Shown piece after piece: positions 18,224 to 27,834 of a stretch of DNA of 64,000 nucleotides. Position 1 is the stretch's first letter, and each line of letters opens with the position of its first letter. The DNA comes from Clostridia bacterium (lineage in GTDB: Bacteria; Bacillota; Clostridia; UMGS1883; UMGS1540). The stretch lies in the NCBI GenBank assembly GCA_017442155.1, contig JAFSAU010000043.1, forward strand, positions 3,020-67,019, given 5' to 3'. The notes below the pieces were generated by a model, which was not told where the DNA came from, ran no database searches, and was given only the letters and a program-made list of their open reading frames with translations. A program made the translations under genes and the position numbers.

Positions 18224-21200
18224 TTATGCTTCGGAACCAGAATCTCCACTTTCAACAAAAGCTTCAGCAGCTGTTACAGTGTGTGTTGCGGTTGCATCGG
18301 TTAAACCTTCTGCAGATGCAACAACTTCGATTACATCGCCAGCAGAAACTGCTACTGTACCTTCGGTCAGTTCAGCTGCTTCGCCGTTGATTGTAACAAC
18401 CAGGGTAGCACCTTCAGTTGCACAAGTGATTGTTGCAACTGCGTTTAAAACTTCGATTTCAGGAGTAGCAACCGCTGCAGGTTCTACTTCTACAACAGCT
18501 TCAGGGTTTGTGGTTCTGTAAACAACGATGTCTACGATAGCACCGTCGTATACGCGAACGTAAGCCCAGTGAGAATCCTTGCCCAGACGAGTTTCAGCAT
18601 CGATGTAGCTTACGCCCTTCAGGATCTGGATGGTGTTGTTAGAGTTGTTGGTGTTGATTTCGTATACGTTCACACCGGATACATTGCTGATCGGCAGTGC
18701 AACTTCTTCACTGTCAGCCGGGTCTACCAGAGCAGAGCCGCCGAGAGTGGAGGTGAGGTACATGAGACCGTTAGCCTTCTTGTTAACGAAACCGAAGTAG
18801 TCAACTGCATAGCCTTCTTCATCAGCTTCATTTTCAGCAGCGAAAGCAGCATAGCCTTCTGTGCCTGCGATGATGTTCTTAGCTTCTGCAACGCTCATGA
18901 GAACCTGAGCCTTGTCGATTTCATTGTTTGCATTCAGGCTGAAGATTACAACGTCGCCAGCCTTCAGAGTAGCAGCTGTTTCGCCGTCTCTGCCTACTGC
19001 AGCGAAGTCCTCAGAGGTCTGAGCATTTACTTCAGTGCCTTCCTGGTAACCGTAGATCTTCTGAACTGCAGTGCCGGAAGCGTTGTTGATGTCAGAAACC
19101 TTGCTGATAACGAGGAGCTTGGTGCCCTGGAGCATATCAGCCTGTGCACCGTATGCAACTACGAGTGCAGGAATGTTGTTGGTGATGTCGTATGCATCTA
19201 CAACGTAAGCACTGCCGTCTACGAAGAGGGAGCTTACCTTGGATACAGAGATATCATCTTCATCAGCTAAAGCAAGAGCTTCTGCGTTTGCCGGAACGCT
19301 GAATACCTTGGTTTCATTGTTCAGGTAGATGCTGCCGATCTTGTTCTGACCTGCATTGTAATCTCTTTCGTCACCTGTGGACTTGTCCTTGGAGAATACT
19401 TCGTCGTTTGCAGTTGCACCGGCGAGGAACAGCTTGTAGATTTTGCCTTCGCTGTTTGTGGTGAACTGGAATACACGTGCAGTCGGGTCAGTCGTTGCGG
19501 AAGCCGCCATCACGCCATCAGTTACGGTGATGTTAATCAGGGAACCGAGGTCGCCGGCTGCAATGCTTGCGAGAGCAATCGACTTAGTGTAGTTGCCTGC
19601 GTCATCGATCGGTCTGCCATAGTTTACAGTAACCTTGGAAGCGAGAGTTCTGGTTTCCCAAACGCCGTCGCTGGTCAGGTACTTCAGTTCGATGGACTTG
19701 CCGTTGATGTCGTTCATTTCGAGAGCCTTGTACAGGTATGCATAGGTGCCGGTAGCGGAAGTTGCAACCTTGTCAACGATTTTGCCTTCTACGTTTACAT
19801 AGAATGTGCCTTCGTCGCCAACGTTCAGAACTTCTTCAGCCATGCCAGCTACATAAGCGATTTCGTACTCAGCATCGCCGATTACATAAGCACCGCTTGT
19901 CGGAATTTCTTCCGTAACAGTACCGGTAACAGTTGTTGTGGAAACATAAGCAGTTACCAGGCTGTCGTTGTAGTTGTTGTACAGAGTGATAACATTGCCT
20001 TCAGCGATGTCGCCAAGAGCGATTTCAGCACCTTCAGCATTGTAGATCTTGGTGATAACATCTTCGTCATCAACATCGATCGGGATGTTGTTGCCGTTTC
20101 TGTCTTCCAGGCTCTTTGCAGTAGCGTTAACAGCCTTTACAACATAGTTAGCGTTAGCCTGCAGGAGCTTTAAGGTGTCATACACATCATCGTTGTCATA
20201 GTCGATGAGAGTAAGAGTACCGAATACGTTTTCGTCAGCTGCTGCCTTTTCGATGAATTCAAGAACATCATCGTATGCATCGTAGCCGTTGTTGTAAACG
20301 AGGATAGAAGGATCTACTTCAACCTTTGTAGCAGAGCTATCGGTTTCGTTTACAAAGTACTTCAGGATTGTGCCGTCGAAGGATTCGATCTGGCTTTCGT
20401 CCATAACGATGGTCTTATTCTTGCCGGACTTTTCAGCGATACCGATGAGAGTCATGTCGCCGGTTTCTTCGTCTTCCTTAGCATAAGCGGAAACGGATTT
20501 ACCAACGAGAGCTGCTGCATTGGTTTTGCCCTCTGCAAAGCCTTCCAGCGGAATGAGATCTTCGTACTTTTCAGCTGCTTCTGTACCTACTGCATAGCCG
20601 TTAACCTTAACAACGTTGATATCAATCTTGTCGTTTTCGGGATCTACGTCAGCTGCTGTGAGGTAGGTTTCTTCTACGATACCTTCAAACTTGTTAACCT
20701 TGAGGTAGTCTTTCAGAAGAGTCTTGTCAGCGATTACCTGGTATTCTTCTTCACCAGTCTTGTAGGTAACCTGTTCCATAACGTCTACTTCGAGAGCGTT
20801 GTAAACGAGGCGTGCTACAGCTGCTCTGGGAGCTTCAGCACCGGGAGTTACGGAAACGCCAGCGGTGATGTTTTCCTGAGAAGCTACAATGAGGTAACCG
20901 GAGGGGTAACCACCCTTGTTGTTAGCTTCGGGGGTACGACCGAGAGCTGCAACGATCATCTTAATAACCTGTTCGAAGGTAACTGCATTGGAAGGACCAA
21001 AGGTACCGTCGCCATAGCCGTTGATGATGCCGCTCTGTTCAGCCAGGTTAATGTAACCTGCTGCCCAGTGGTCAGCTGCTACGTCGGTGAAGTTTGTGCC
21101 ACCGGCTGCGGAAGCTGCGCCACCGAGGTTCTTCATGCGAGTGATGATAGCTGCGGTTTCAGCTCTTGTGATGCTCGCATCGGGGTTAAAGTTGCCATTC

Positions 21201-21361
21201 TCGTCACCAATCATGATGCCGAGGGCGTTCAGGGTTGTTACTGCTTCTGCGTAGGATGCAGTGTCGTCAACATCCGGATACAGGGTGCCGGCGGAAGCTG
21301 CTACGCTCAGTAACATCGTAAACATTGTTACGAATGCCAGAACTTTTTTGAGATTTTTCAT
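18224..21361 (-). CDS. S-layer homology (SLH) domain cell-surface protein (putative S-layer protein)
   Basis: 1045 aa with a signal peptide (MKNLKKVLAFVTMFTMLLSVAASAG). Three N-terminal SLH modules follow (YPDVDDTASYAEAVTTLNALGIMIGDENGNFNP...; FTDVAADHWAAGYINLAEQSGIINGYGDGTFGP...), then a long Thr/Val/Ala-rich beta-rich region. The RBS is a strong GGAGG. Confidence 0.8.
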   Translation of the reverse strand: MKNLKKVLAFVTMFTMLLSVAASAGTLYPDVDDTASYAEAVTTLNALGIMIGDENGNFNPDASITRAETAAIITRMKNLGGAASAAGGTNFTDVAADHWAAGYINLAEQSGIINGYGDGTFGPSNAVTFEQVIKMIVAALGRTPEANNKGGYPSGYLIVASQENITAGVSVTPGAEAPRAAVARLVYNALEVDVMEQVTYKTGEEEYQVIADKTLLKDYLKVNKFEGIVEETYLTAADVDPENDKIDINVVKVNGYAVGTEAAEKYEDLIPLEGFAEGKTNAAALVGKSVSAYAKEDEETGDMTLIGIAEKSGKNKTIVMDESQIESFDGTILKYFVNETDSSATKVEVDPSILVYNNGYDAYDDVLEFIEKAAADENVFGTLTLIDYDNDDVYDTLKLLQANANYVVKAVNATAKSLEDRNGNNIPIDVDDEDVITKIYNAEGAEIALGDIAEGNVITLYNNYNDSLVTAYVSTTTVTGTVTEEIPTSGAYVIGDAEYEIAYVAGMAEEVLNVGDEGTFYVNVEGKIVDKVATSATGTYAYLYKALEMNDINGKSIELKYLTSDGVWETRTLASKVTVNYGRPIDDAGNYTKSIALASIAAGDLGSLINITVTDGVMAASATTDPTARVFQFTTNSEGKIYKLFLAGATANDEVFSKDKSTGDERDYNAGQNKIGSIYLNNETKVFSVPANAEALALADEDDISVSKVSSLFVDGSAYVVDAYDITNNIPALVVAYGAQADMLQGTKLLVISKVSDINNASGTAVQKIYGYQEGTEVNAQTSEDFAAVGRDGETAATLKAGDVVIFSLNANNEIDKAQVLMSVAEAKNIIAGTEGYAAFAAENEADEEGYAVDYFGFVNKKANGLMYLTSTLGGSALVDPADSEEVALPISNVSGVNVYEINTNNSNNTIQILKGVSYIDAETRLGKDSHWAYVRVYDGAIVDIVVYRTTNPEAVVEVEPAAVATPEIEVLNAVATITCATEGATLVVTINGEAAELTEGTVAVSAGDVIEVVASAEGLTDATATHTVTAAEAFVESGDSGSEA

Positions 21362-21786
21362 GTCTCAAATCCTCCTTAAAAAATTTTTTTATTCTGAAAG
21401 AGATACGATTTGTTTGCACGCGCCGCATCTCTTTCAACTGCGACTGTGCACGGAAAATACGGAGTATTTCCCTTACAGGACCGATTATAGCACCTATTTT
21501 TCAATTCGTCAAGCGTTTTTTTCACTTGTAACACAAATGTAAAATTACACCCAAACGACTGTCATAAATGGTGCCGCCCGTATCCAAGGCAAACCATCCT
21601 GCCTACCAGTATACGCCCTTTTTTATGGTTTGTCAAGTTTTTTGTCGAATTGTTTTCTTTTTTTCTATCCAAAAGGATGTTTTTCAGATATATATCAGGA
21701 GTTTCTTCCTTATTATATATGCTTCTGTCCGAATGGTTGATACGGAACAAACGTGTTCGTCCCTTATAACCTTTCATTTTACATTC

Positions 21787-21810
21787 TGCATTTTGCATTT
21801 TGCATTTTAC
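21787..21810. repeat. Tandem heptamer repeat (TGCATTT)x3 immediately upstream of a -35 element
   Basis: ctGCATTTTGCATTTTGCATTTTac at 21787-21810 sits 13 bp upstream of the TTGACT -35 box. Confidence 0.6.
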
Positions 21811-21822
21811 ACTTAAATCTCC

Positions 21823-21851
21823 TTGACTTTCGCCGGTGCATTTGATATAAT
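21823..21851 (+). promoter_or_regulatory. Sigma-A consensus promoter for the SDR/LarA-like operon
   Basis: TTGACT (21823-21828), a 17-bp spacer and TATAAT (21846-21851), 31 bp upstream of the ATG at 21883. Confidence 0.65.
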
Positions 21852-21882
21852 AAAGGAAAATTTTGTATGGGAGGCTACTCTT

Positions 21883-22734
21883 ATGATGAAAACACCCCTT
21901 TCGATTGACCTTAATGGCAAGGTTGCCGTTGTAACCGGCGCGGCAGGCGTGCTTTGCAGTATGTTTGCAGAGGCTCTGGCGGCAAACGGTGCTTCCGTTG
22001 CCCTTCTTGACCTTAACGGCGAGCAGGCAAAAAAGGTTGCCGAAAAAATCAACGCCGAAGGCGGCAAAGCCATCGGCATTGAAACCAACGTTCTGAAAAA
22101 GGAAAGCATTGAGGCGGCAAGAGAAGAAGTTCTCAAGGCTTTCGGTAAATGCGACATTCTCTTAAACGGCGCCGGCGGCAATAACCCCCGCGGCACCACA
22201 GACAAGGAATACCTGTTCCCCGAGGATGTGGACAGAGACGATCTGAAAACCTTCTTTAACCTGGACCCGGCCGGCGTGGAGTTTGTGTTTAACCTCAACT
22301 TCCTCGGCACACTGCTGCCCACACAGGTTTTTGCAAAGGACATGATTGAAAGAAATTCCGTTATCATTAACGTTTCTTCCATGAACGCCTTCTGCCCCCT
22401 CACCAAGATTCCAGCTTATTCCGGCGCAAAGGCTGCGATTTCCAACTTCACCCAGTGGCTGGCTGTACACTTCTCCAAGGTAGGCATCCGCGTAAACGCC
22501 ATTGCTCCCGGTTTCTTCGTAACCAACCAGAACCGCGCTCTTCTTATGAACGAGGACGGCTCCTACACCGACCGCTCCCGCAAGATTCTGTCCCAGACAC
22601 CCATGGACCGCTTCGGCGAAGCAGAGGAGCTGCTGGGCACACTGCTGTGGCTGTGCGATAACGGTGCTTCCGGTTTCGTAAACGGCGTTATCGTTCCTGT
22701 TGACGGCGGCTTTGCGGCTTACTCCGGTGTGTAA
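21883..22734 (+). CDS. Short-chain dehydrogenase/reductase (SDR) family oxidoreductase
   Basis: TGAAGVLC Rossmann motif, a catalytic YSGAK (Y-x3-K) and a NAIAPGFF motif. The RBS is GGGAGG. Confidence 0.8.
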   Translation: MMKTPLSIDLNGKVAVVTGAAGVLCSMFAEALAANGASVALLDLNGEQAKKVAEKINAEGGKAIGIETNVLKKESIEAAREEVLKAFGKCDILLNGAGGNNPRGTTDKEYLFPEDVDRDDLKTFFNLDPAGVEFVFNLNFLGTLLPTQVFAKDMIERNSVIINVSSMNAFCPLTKIPAYSGAKAAISNFTQWLAVHFSKVGIRVNAIAPGFFVTNQNRALLMNEDGSYTDRSRKILSQTPMDRFGEAEELLGTLLWLCDNGASGFVNGVIVPVDGGFAAYSGV

Positions 22735-22755
22735 TATATATTAAGGAGGAAACCC

Positions 22756-24006
22756 ATGATTTACGAAAGTGCGAAAGGACTTTCCGAGGCCGAGCTTCGC
22801 AGTGCTTTAGAAAAATCTGTTGAAGGAAAAGCCCTGAAAAAGGTCCTGCTTATTCCCCCGGATTACACCCGTATGTACAGCGGTGCCGGGGACATCACCC
22901 GCATTTACTACGAAATTTTAAAGGACACCTGTGAAATTGATATTCTGCCCGCGCTCGGTACCCATGTGCCGATGACGGAGGAGGAATGGGTTGCCTTTTT
23001 CGGCCCCGCAGTGCCCTTTGACAGAATGATTGTACACAACTGGAAAACGGATGTGGAAAAAATCGGTGAGGTGCCGGCAGAATTTGTTTCCGAGGTCTCC
23101 GAAGGTCTTGTGAATGACAAGATTGACGTGGAAGTAAACCGCCGCCTTCTCGACCCGTCCTACGACCTGATTATTTCTATCGGCCAGGTTGTTCCCCACG
23201 AGGTGGTGGGCATGGCCAACTATTCCAAGAATATTTTCGTCGGTTGCGGCGGAAACAGCATGATTAACAGCTCCCATATGCTGGGTGCTTTCTACGGCAT
23301 GGAGCGCATTATGGGCAAGGATTTCTCCCCTGTTCGCAAGGTGTTTGACTACGCGCAGGAAAACTTCCTTTCGGGTGTTCCGCTCCTGTTTGTGCTGACC
23401 GTTACCACAAACGTGGCAGACGACATCTTTATTCACGGCCTGTATATCGGCTCCGAGCGTTCTTACTTTGAAAAAGCTGTTGCCAAAAGCCAGAACACGA
23501 ACTTCACCTTCGTGGACGAGCCTTTGAAAAAGGTGGTTGTGTACCTCGATCCCCGCGAATTCAAGAGCACATGGCTCGGCAATAAGTCGGTTTACCGCAC
23601 ACGCATGGCCATTGCCGACGGCGGTGAGCTGATTGTCCTTGCCCCCGGTATCCGGATGTTCGGCGAGGACGAGGAAAATGACCGTCTCATTCGCAAATAC
23701 GGCTATGTCGGCCGCGAAAACGTACTGAAGCTGGTAGAAGAAAATCAGGACCTCAAGGACAACCTGTCCGTTGCGGCACATCTGATTCATGGCTCCTCGG
23801 ACGGCCGCTTCTCCATCACCTACTGCACAGAGCAGGTGACAAAAGAGGAAGTGGAGGGCGTCGCCTTTGGATATCTTCCTTATAAAGAGGCTGCCGCCAA
23901 GTATGACCCGGCTGTTTTGAAGGATGGCTTCAACACCCTGCCGGACGGCGAGGAAATTTACTATATCAGTAATCCTGCCTTAGGACTGTGGGACGTACGT
24001 AAATAG
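22756..24006 (+). CDS. LarA-like (DUF2088/lactate-racemase family) protein
   Basis: An N-terminal LLIPPDYTRMYSG motif is typical of the LarA N-terminal domain. 416 aa, co-operonic with the SDR gene (21-bp gap). Confidence 0.45.
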   Translation: MIYESAKGLSEAELRSALEKSVEGKALKKVLLIPPDYTRMYSGAGDITRIYYEILKDTCEIDILPALGTHVPMTEEEWVAFFGPAVPFDRMIVHNWKTDVEKIGEVPAEFVSEVSEGLVNDKIDVEVNRRLLDPSYDLIISIGQVVPHEVVGMANYSKNIFVGCGGNSMINSSHMLGAFYGMERIMGKDFSPVRKVFDYAQENFLSGVPLLFVLTVTTNVADDIFIHGLYIGSERSYFEKAVAKSQNTNFTFVDEPLKKVVVYLDPREFKSTWLGNKSVYRTRMAIADGGELIVLAPGIRMFGEDEENDRLIRKYGYVGRENVLKLVEENQDLKDNLSVAAHLIHGSSDGRFSITYCTEQVTKEEVEGVAFGYLPYKEAAAKYDPAVLKDGFNTLPDGEEIYYISNPALGLWDVRK

Positions 24007-24015
24007 TGTATAAAG

Positions 24016-24047
24016 GGCTGCCTTACTTTTAGCGAGGCAGCCTTTTT
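24016..24047 (+). terminator. Rho-independent terminator
   Basis: GGCTGCC-ttacttttagcga-GGCAGCC followed by TTTTT. Confidence 0.7.
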
Positions 24048-24146
24048 GTACTTTAAAGCACAGATTTTGAAAAATCCCTTCCTCATTCTCATTTTTTTCT
24101 TGACAATCCGCCCCATTTGTGATATACTATTTTGTGTTATGAATAC

Positions 24147-24222
24147 GGGCCTGTAGCTCAGCTGGGAGAGTGCTGCGTTCGCAATGCAGAGGTCGAGGGT
24201 TCGATCCCCTTCAGGTCCACCA
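24147..24222 (+). tRNA. tRNA-Ala (anticodon CGC)
   Basis: A 76-nt cloverleaf with a GGGCCTG/CAGGTCC acceptor stem carrying the G3:U70 Ala identity pair, a TTCGATC T-loop, the anticodon loop TTCGCAA and an encoded CCA. The upstream promoter is TTGACA-N17-TATACT at about 24100-24128. Confidence 0.9.
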
Positions 24223-24227
24223 CGTCG

Positions 24228-24300
24228 CGGCAAGCCTTTTGGTTCGCCGCATTTTATTTCCATAAAATACGGCTTCACTTTATCGGCTGCCGCTCCTTTT
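24228..24300. repeat. Direct repeat copy 1 (73 bp, perfect)
   Basis: Identical to 24412-24484. It begins with a terminator-like hairpin GCGGCAAGCC-tttt-GGTTCGCCGC followed by ATTTTATTT. Confidence 0.85.
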
Positions 24301-24411
24301 TCGAAAAAAGTCGCGCTCGGCTCCCCTGTTCGGTTGTAAACGCCCTCACGACGGCTCACTGTCGCTACCAACTTTTTTCGAGTAAGTGCGCAAAGCCAAG
24401 CCCTTCTTTCT

Positions 24412-24484
24412 GGACATGCCCCGGCAAGCCTTTTGGTTCGCCGCATTTTATTTCCATAAAATACGGCTTCACTTTATCGGCTGC
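24412..24484. repeat. Direct repeat copy 2 (73 bp, perfect)
   Basis: Identical to 24228-24300. The 111-bp spacer between the copies carries an 11-bp inverted repeat, TCGAAAAAAGT (24301-24311) and ACTTTTTTCGA (24370-24380). Confidence 0.85.
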
Positions 24485-24582
24485 CGCTCCTTTTAAATAA
24501 AAAACTTTTCCCGGGTAAATTCTTGAAATATCCGTCGCCATCTGTTATACTGCAAACGAAAAAATTTATGGAGGCTTTCTCT

Positions 24583-25257
24583 ATGCACATCACCCCCATT
24601 GCACACATCGAAACAGATTTTAAAGAAAAATTCGGCATTCCCCGGCAAAGCGGGTGTGTACCCCAGCTTACGGGCCGGATTGTCTTTCTGCCCCAGTACC
24701 GAAATCCCGACGCACTCAGGGGATTGGAGCAATTTTCCCATCTGTGGCTCCTGTTTGACTTCTCCCGTGCACATCGGGAGGGCTGGTCTCCCACGGTGCG
24801 GCCGCCGCGGCTCGGCGGGAACACGCGGGTCGGCGTTTTCGCCAGCCGTTCTCCCTTCCGCCCGAATCCCATCGGTCTCTCCTGTGTCCGGCTGGATTCG
24901 ATAGAGGAAACAGCCGAGGGGCAAGTGCTCCGCGTTTCCGGCGTAGACCTTCTTGACGGCACGCCTATTTTAGATATCAAGCCCTATCTTCCCTTTGCCG
25001 ACTGTGTGCCCGATGCCACGGGCGGCTATGCAGACGCGGTGCGGGAATACGCGCTTTCTGTGGACTTCCCGGCCCCGCTTCTCGAAAAAATTGCCCCGGA
25101 AAAGCAGGCGGCGGTGCTGGCCTGTCTTGCCCAGGACCCCCGTCCCTCCTATCAGGATGACCCCTCAAGGGTGTACCGGATGCAGTTTGCCGCCTATGAT
25201 ATCCACTTCACCGTGGAAAACGGGGTCCTGCACGTCAAAAACCTTTCGTTTCTATAA
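24583..25257 (+). CDS. tsaA: tRNA (adenine37-N6)-methyltransferase TsaA/TrmO (YaeB family)
   Basis: MHITPIAHIETDFKEKFGIPRQ matches the TsaA N-terminus, and a conserved proline-rich core (RSPFRPNPIGLS) is present. A GGAGG RBS precedes the ATG at 24583. Confidence 0.7.
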   Translation: MHITPIAHIETDFKEKFGIPRQSGCVPQLTGRIVFLPQYRNPDALRGLEQFSHLWLLFDFSRAHREGWSPTVRPPRLGGNTRVGVFASRSPFRPNPIGLSCVRLDSIEETAEGQVLRVSGVDLLDGTPILDIKPYLPFADCVPDATGGYADAVREYALSVDFPAPLLEKIAPEKQAAVLACLAQDPRPSYQDDPSRVYRMQFAAYDIHFTVENGVLHVKNLSFL

Positions 25258-25336
25258 TGTTTTTTCTCGGCTCCTCAGGTATTTTCTTCCGGTTTCTCCG
25301 CAAAATAAGTATATCTTGTTTTGCGGAGGTTTTTTT

Positions 25337-25723
25337 ATGGCCATTTTCAAATATGGGCTCCTTTTTCTTATCGGCGCGGCAGGCTATCCCCTTCTGGAGC
25401 TTTTATGGCGCGGCCGCACCCATCCCAGCATGGCACTCGTAGGCGGGCTTTGTTTTCTCTGTATTTTCCTGATAAACACCCACTTTACCCACTTGTCTCT
25501 GCCCTTCCGCGCCCTACTCTGCGCCGGTGTGATTACGGGAGCAGAGCTGCTTTCCGGTATTGTTCTGAATCTTTTTCTGGGGCTGGGTGTGTGGGATTAT
25601 TCTGCGCAGCCGCTCCATCTTTTCGGTCAGATTTGCCCTGCCTATTCTGTACTCTGGTTTCTTCTGAGTCTGGTGCTTCTTTTTATTATCGAAAAATTCA
25701 CATTGTTTTTAGGAAAAAACTAA
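25337..25723 (+). CDS. Small polytopic membrane protein (possibly DUF1113-like)
   Basis: 128 aa with four hydrophobic helices. No recognisable catalytic motif. Confidence 0.35.
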   Translation: MAIFKYGLLFLIGAAGYPLLELLWRGRTHPSMALVGGLCFLCIFLINTHFTHLSLPFRALLCAGVITGAELLSGIVLNLFLGLGVWDYSAQPLHLFGQICPAYSVLWFLLSLVLLFIIEKFTLFLGKN

Positions 25724-25784
25724 AAGGGGCGCCGTAGCGTCCCCCTCAGACTATCAAAAACTTGCTCTGCTACAAGAATATGTT

Positions 25785-27617
25785 TTACTCGTTTGGCAGA
25801 ATTATAATTGCCGTTGCTTCAAACGCACCGCTGGTTGTTACGCCCGTAACGTTAATCTTCATGCCGGGTGTCAGGCTCGAAACCTTCTTTGTAGAGCCGT
25901 CGGTGCTGTCGATAACCTGCAGATTCGACCGCTTTGTAAATACCTGCATTGTGCCCACAGTGCCATCCGCCTGCGTAACAGACATGGAGAAGAATCCGTA
26001 GGAGCTGTTAATCGTCTCAATCACGCCGGTGGTGGTCGATGTGGTGGAAGGCGCGGTGGTGGTCAGCGACACGACCGTATCACTGTCGATGCTGGCCGTA
26101 ATCGCAGCACCGAGGCGCAGGTCATACACTGTGCCGTCATTTCCGTCTACTGTGTACACACATTCTCTCGAAAGGCTGTACGAGGTTATAACATTATTTT
26201 TACTGCGGATTTTAACGGAAGGCAGTGTGGCAATCGTAATTTCCTCTATTGTGCCCTCTGTGATATACTTACTGCTGGTCGCCGTCACAACGGCCACTTC
26301 TTCATAGCGGAGGGTCACCGTAACCTTATCCCCTACCAGTACATCCGCAGCCGTAACGCTGGCATTATTCCGGGTAACCTTGATATCGCCCGAAACCGGG
26401 TAGGTTTCCACCTCGCCGCTGGTCAGCTGGATGCTGAAGGCCAGAACGGGGTCCAGCGTAACATTGGTAATTGTACCCTTGAGGTCTCTTTCGCTTTCCT
26501 TCGCTTCAATAACAACAACCTCGCCTTTTCTGATCTGGAGCTTAACTGCCTGGAGACGCTTGAGATCCGAAAGCTTGCCCGTTACACCCTCATAGGTGAT
26601 GGAAACCTCGTCCGAAATCGGATAGGTGGTTACATTTTCCTGATCCCCAATGGGGAACACAGATATTTTCTGTACCGAATTTGCGCCGGTCGTAACAGAA
26701 GAAATAGCACCCTCAAAGGTTTCGTCCGGCTCTCTTGTAATCGTATCCAGTGCGTACAGAATGCCGCCGCGGGTTGTCACCAGCACATCCGCGCCCAGGG
26801 AAATATTGGCGAAATCAATGCTGTAGCCATCCTGCTTAATAAAGATTTCAGCATCGTAGGGCATCTTAATTTTTGTTTCCTCGCCGTCCTCGTCTATATA
26901 GACCAGGCTTTCCGGCTCGGTGTTTACTTCCTTGACACTGGCAAACACATATTCTTCCTGTGCCAGGTTCTTGACTCTGAATAAAAGTGTGGCAATCTGG
27001 GCACGGTTTACCTCGCCCATCGGCACGAAGTTTCCGGCATCCATGCCGTTCATCAGCCCCGCATCGGTCACAAAGCGGACATAGGGCTTTGCATCCGCCG
27101 GAATATCGGTGGAATCCGCATAATCCGAAGTGGTTGCATCGTCATCAATTCTGCTTTCACCGCCCATAACACGGGTCAGAAGCTTCGCCACCTCATACCG
27201 CTTCATGCCGCTCTTTGCATTCTCGCCGCCGATGTAGTAGGAAAGCTCCCGTTCCGTCAGCACGCCCTTGTACAGAAGATAGGCAACCTCGTCCTTATAA
27301 TTTGTTTCGTATTTTTCAAGAATATCTGCGTAAAATTCCGCGGCAAATTCCGCAAAGGGGGCCGCTGTTTTGTTCGTGAATCCCAGAAGACGGGCACTCA
27401 GTACCAGTGCTTCTTCCTTCGTCACGGTGCGTTCGGGCTTAAAGGTGTTATCCGTGTACCCCTTGATAATACCGTCCTTTACCATTTCCTCCACGGCATC
27501 CTGCGCCCAGCCGAAGTGATCCTCCGTCACGTCCGGAAAAATTGCCGCCGCGGCAGGCAGGGCCGCCGTAAACAGCATAACTGCCGAGAGTACGCCGCTA
27601 ATCCATTTTTTTCTCAT
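25785..27617 (-). CDS. SLH-domain cell-surface protein
   Basis: The start at MRKKWISGVLSAVMLFTAALPAAAA is a signal peptide. N-terminal SLH modules (FPDVTEDHFGWAQDAVEEMVKDGIIKGYTDNTFKP...) are followed by beta-rich, Ig-like repeats. Confidence 0.75.
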   Translation of the reverse strand: MRKKWISGVLSAVMLFTAALPAAAAIFPDVTEDHFGWAQDAVEEMVKDGIIKGYTDNTFKPERTVTKEEALVLSARLLGFTNKTAAPFAEFAAEFYADILEKYETNYKDEVAYLLYKGVLTERELSYYIGGENAKSGMKRYEVAKLLTRVMGGESRIDDDATTSDYADSTDIPADAKPYVRFVTDAGLMNGMDAGNFVPMGEVNRAQIATLLFRVKNLAQEEYVFASVKEVNTEPESLVYIDEDGEETKIKMPYDAEIFIKQDGYSIDFANISLGADVLVTTRGGILYALDTITREPDETFEGAISSVTTGANSVQKISVFPIGDQENVTTYPISDEVSITYEGVTGKLSDLKRLQAVKLQIRKGEVVVIEAKESERDLKGTITNVTLDPVLAFSIQLTSGEVETYPVSGDIKVTRNNASVTAADVLVGDKVTVTLRYEEVAVVTATSSKYITEGTIEEITIATLPSVKIRSKNNVITSYSLSRECVYTVDGNDGTVYDLRLGAAITASIDSDTVVSLTTTAPSTTSTTTGVIETINSSYGFFSMSVTQADGTVGTMQVFTKRSNLQVIDSTDGSTKKVSSLTPGMKINVTGVTTSGAFEATAIIILPNE

Positions 27618-27834
27618 ATGTAGCCCATTCCTTTCTTTTTTGTGGAAACCGTGCACAGATTTCCATGCATCGTCCCATTTTAGAATCATTATACCATATC
27701 TTGTAGCTGTTTTCAACAGTTTTTGTGCGAAAAAGCAAAATTTTTATCTCTTTGTACTCTGTCCCTGACAAATCGGGATGCAGAGGGCATATTTTTTAAG
27801 CTTCCACTGAAAAACCGACGCTTCCCGGCTGTCT

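Noticed and set aside
18569-19270. A 233-aa plus-strand ORF within the S-layer gene
   Set aside because: It is antisense to the 1045-aa SLH protein, which has a signal peptide, SLH domains and a strong RBS. The antisense ORF has no RBS and an implausible composition.
24132-24500. A 122-aa plus-strand ORF spanning the tRNA-Ala and direct repeats, and a 161-aa minus-strand ORF at 23961-24446
   Set aside because: They overlap a confidently folded tRNA and a repeat/terminator region and have no RBS. They are most likely non-coding.
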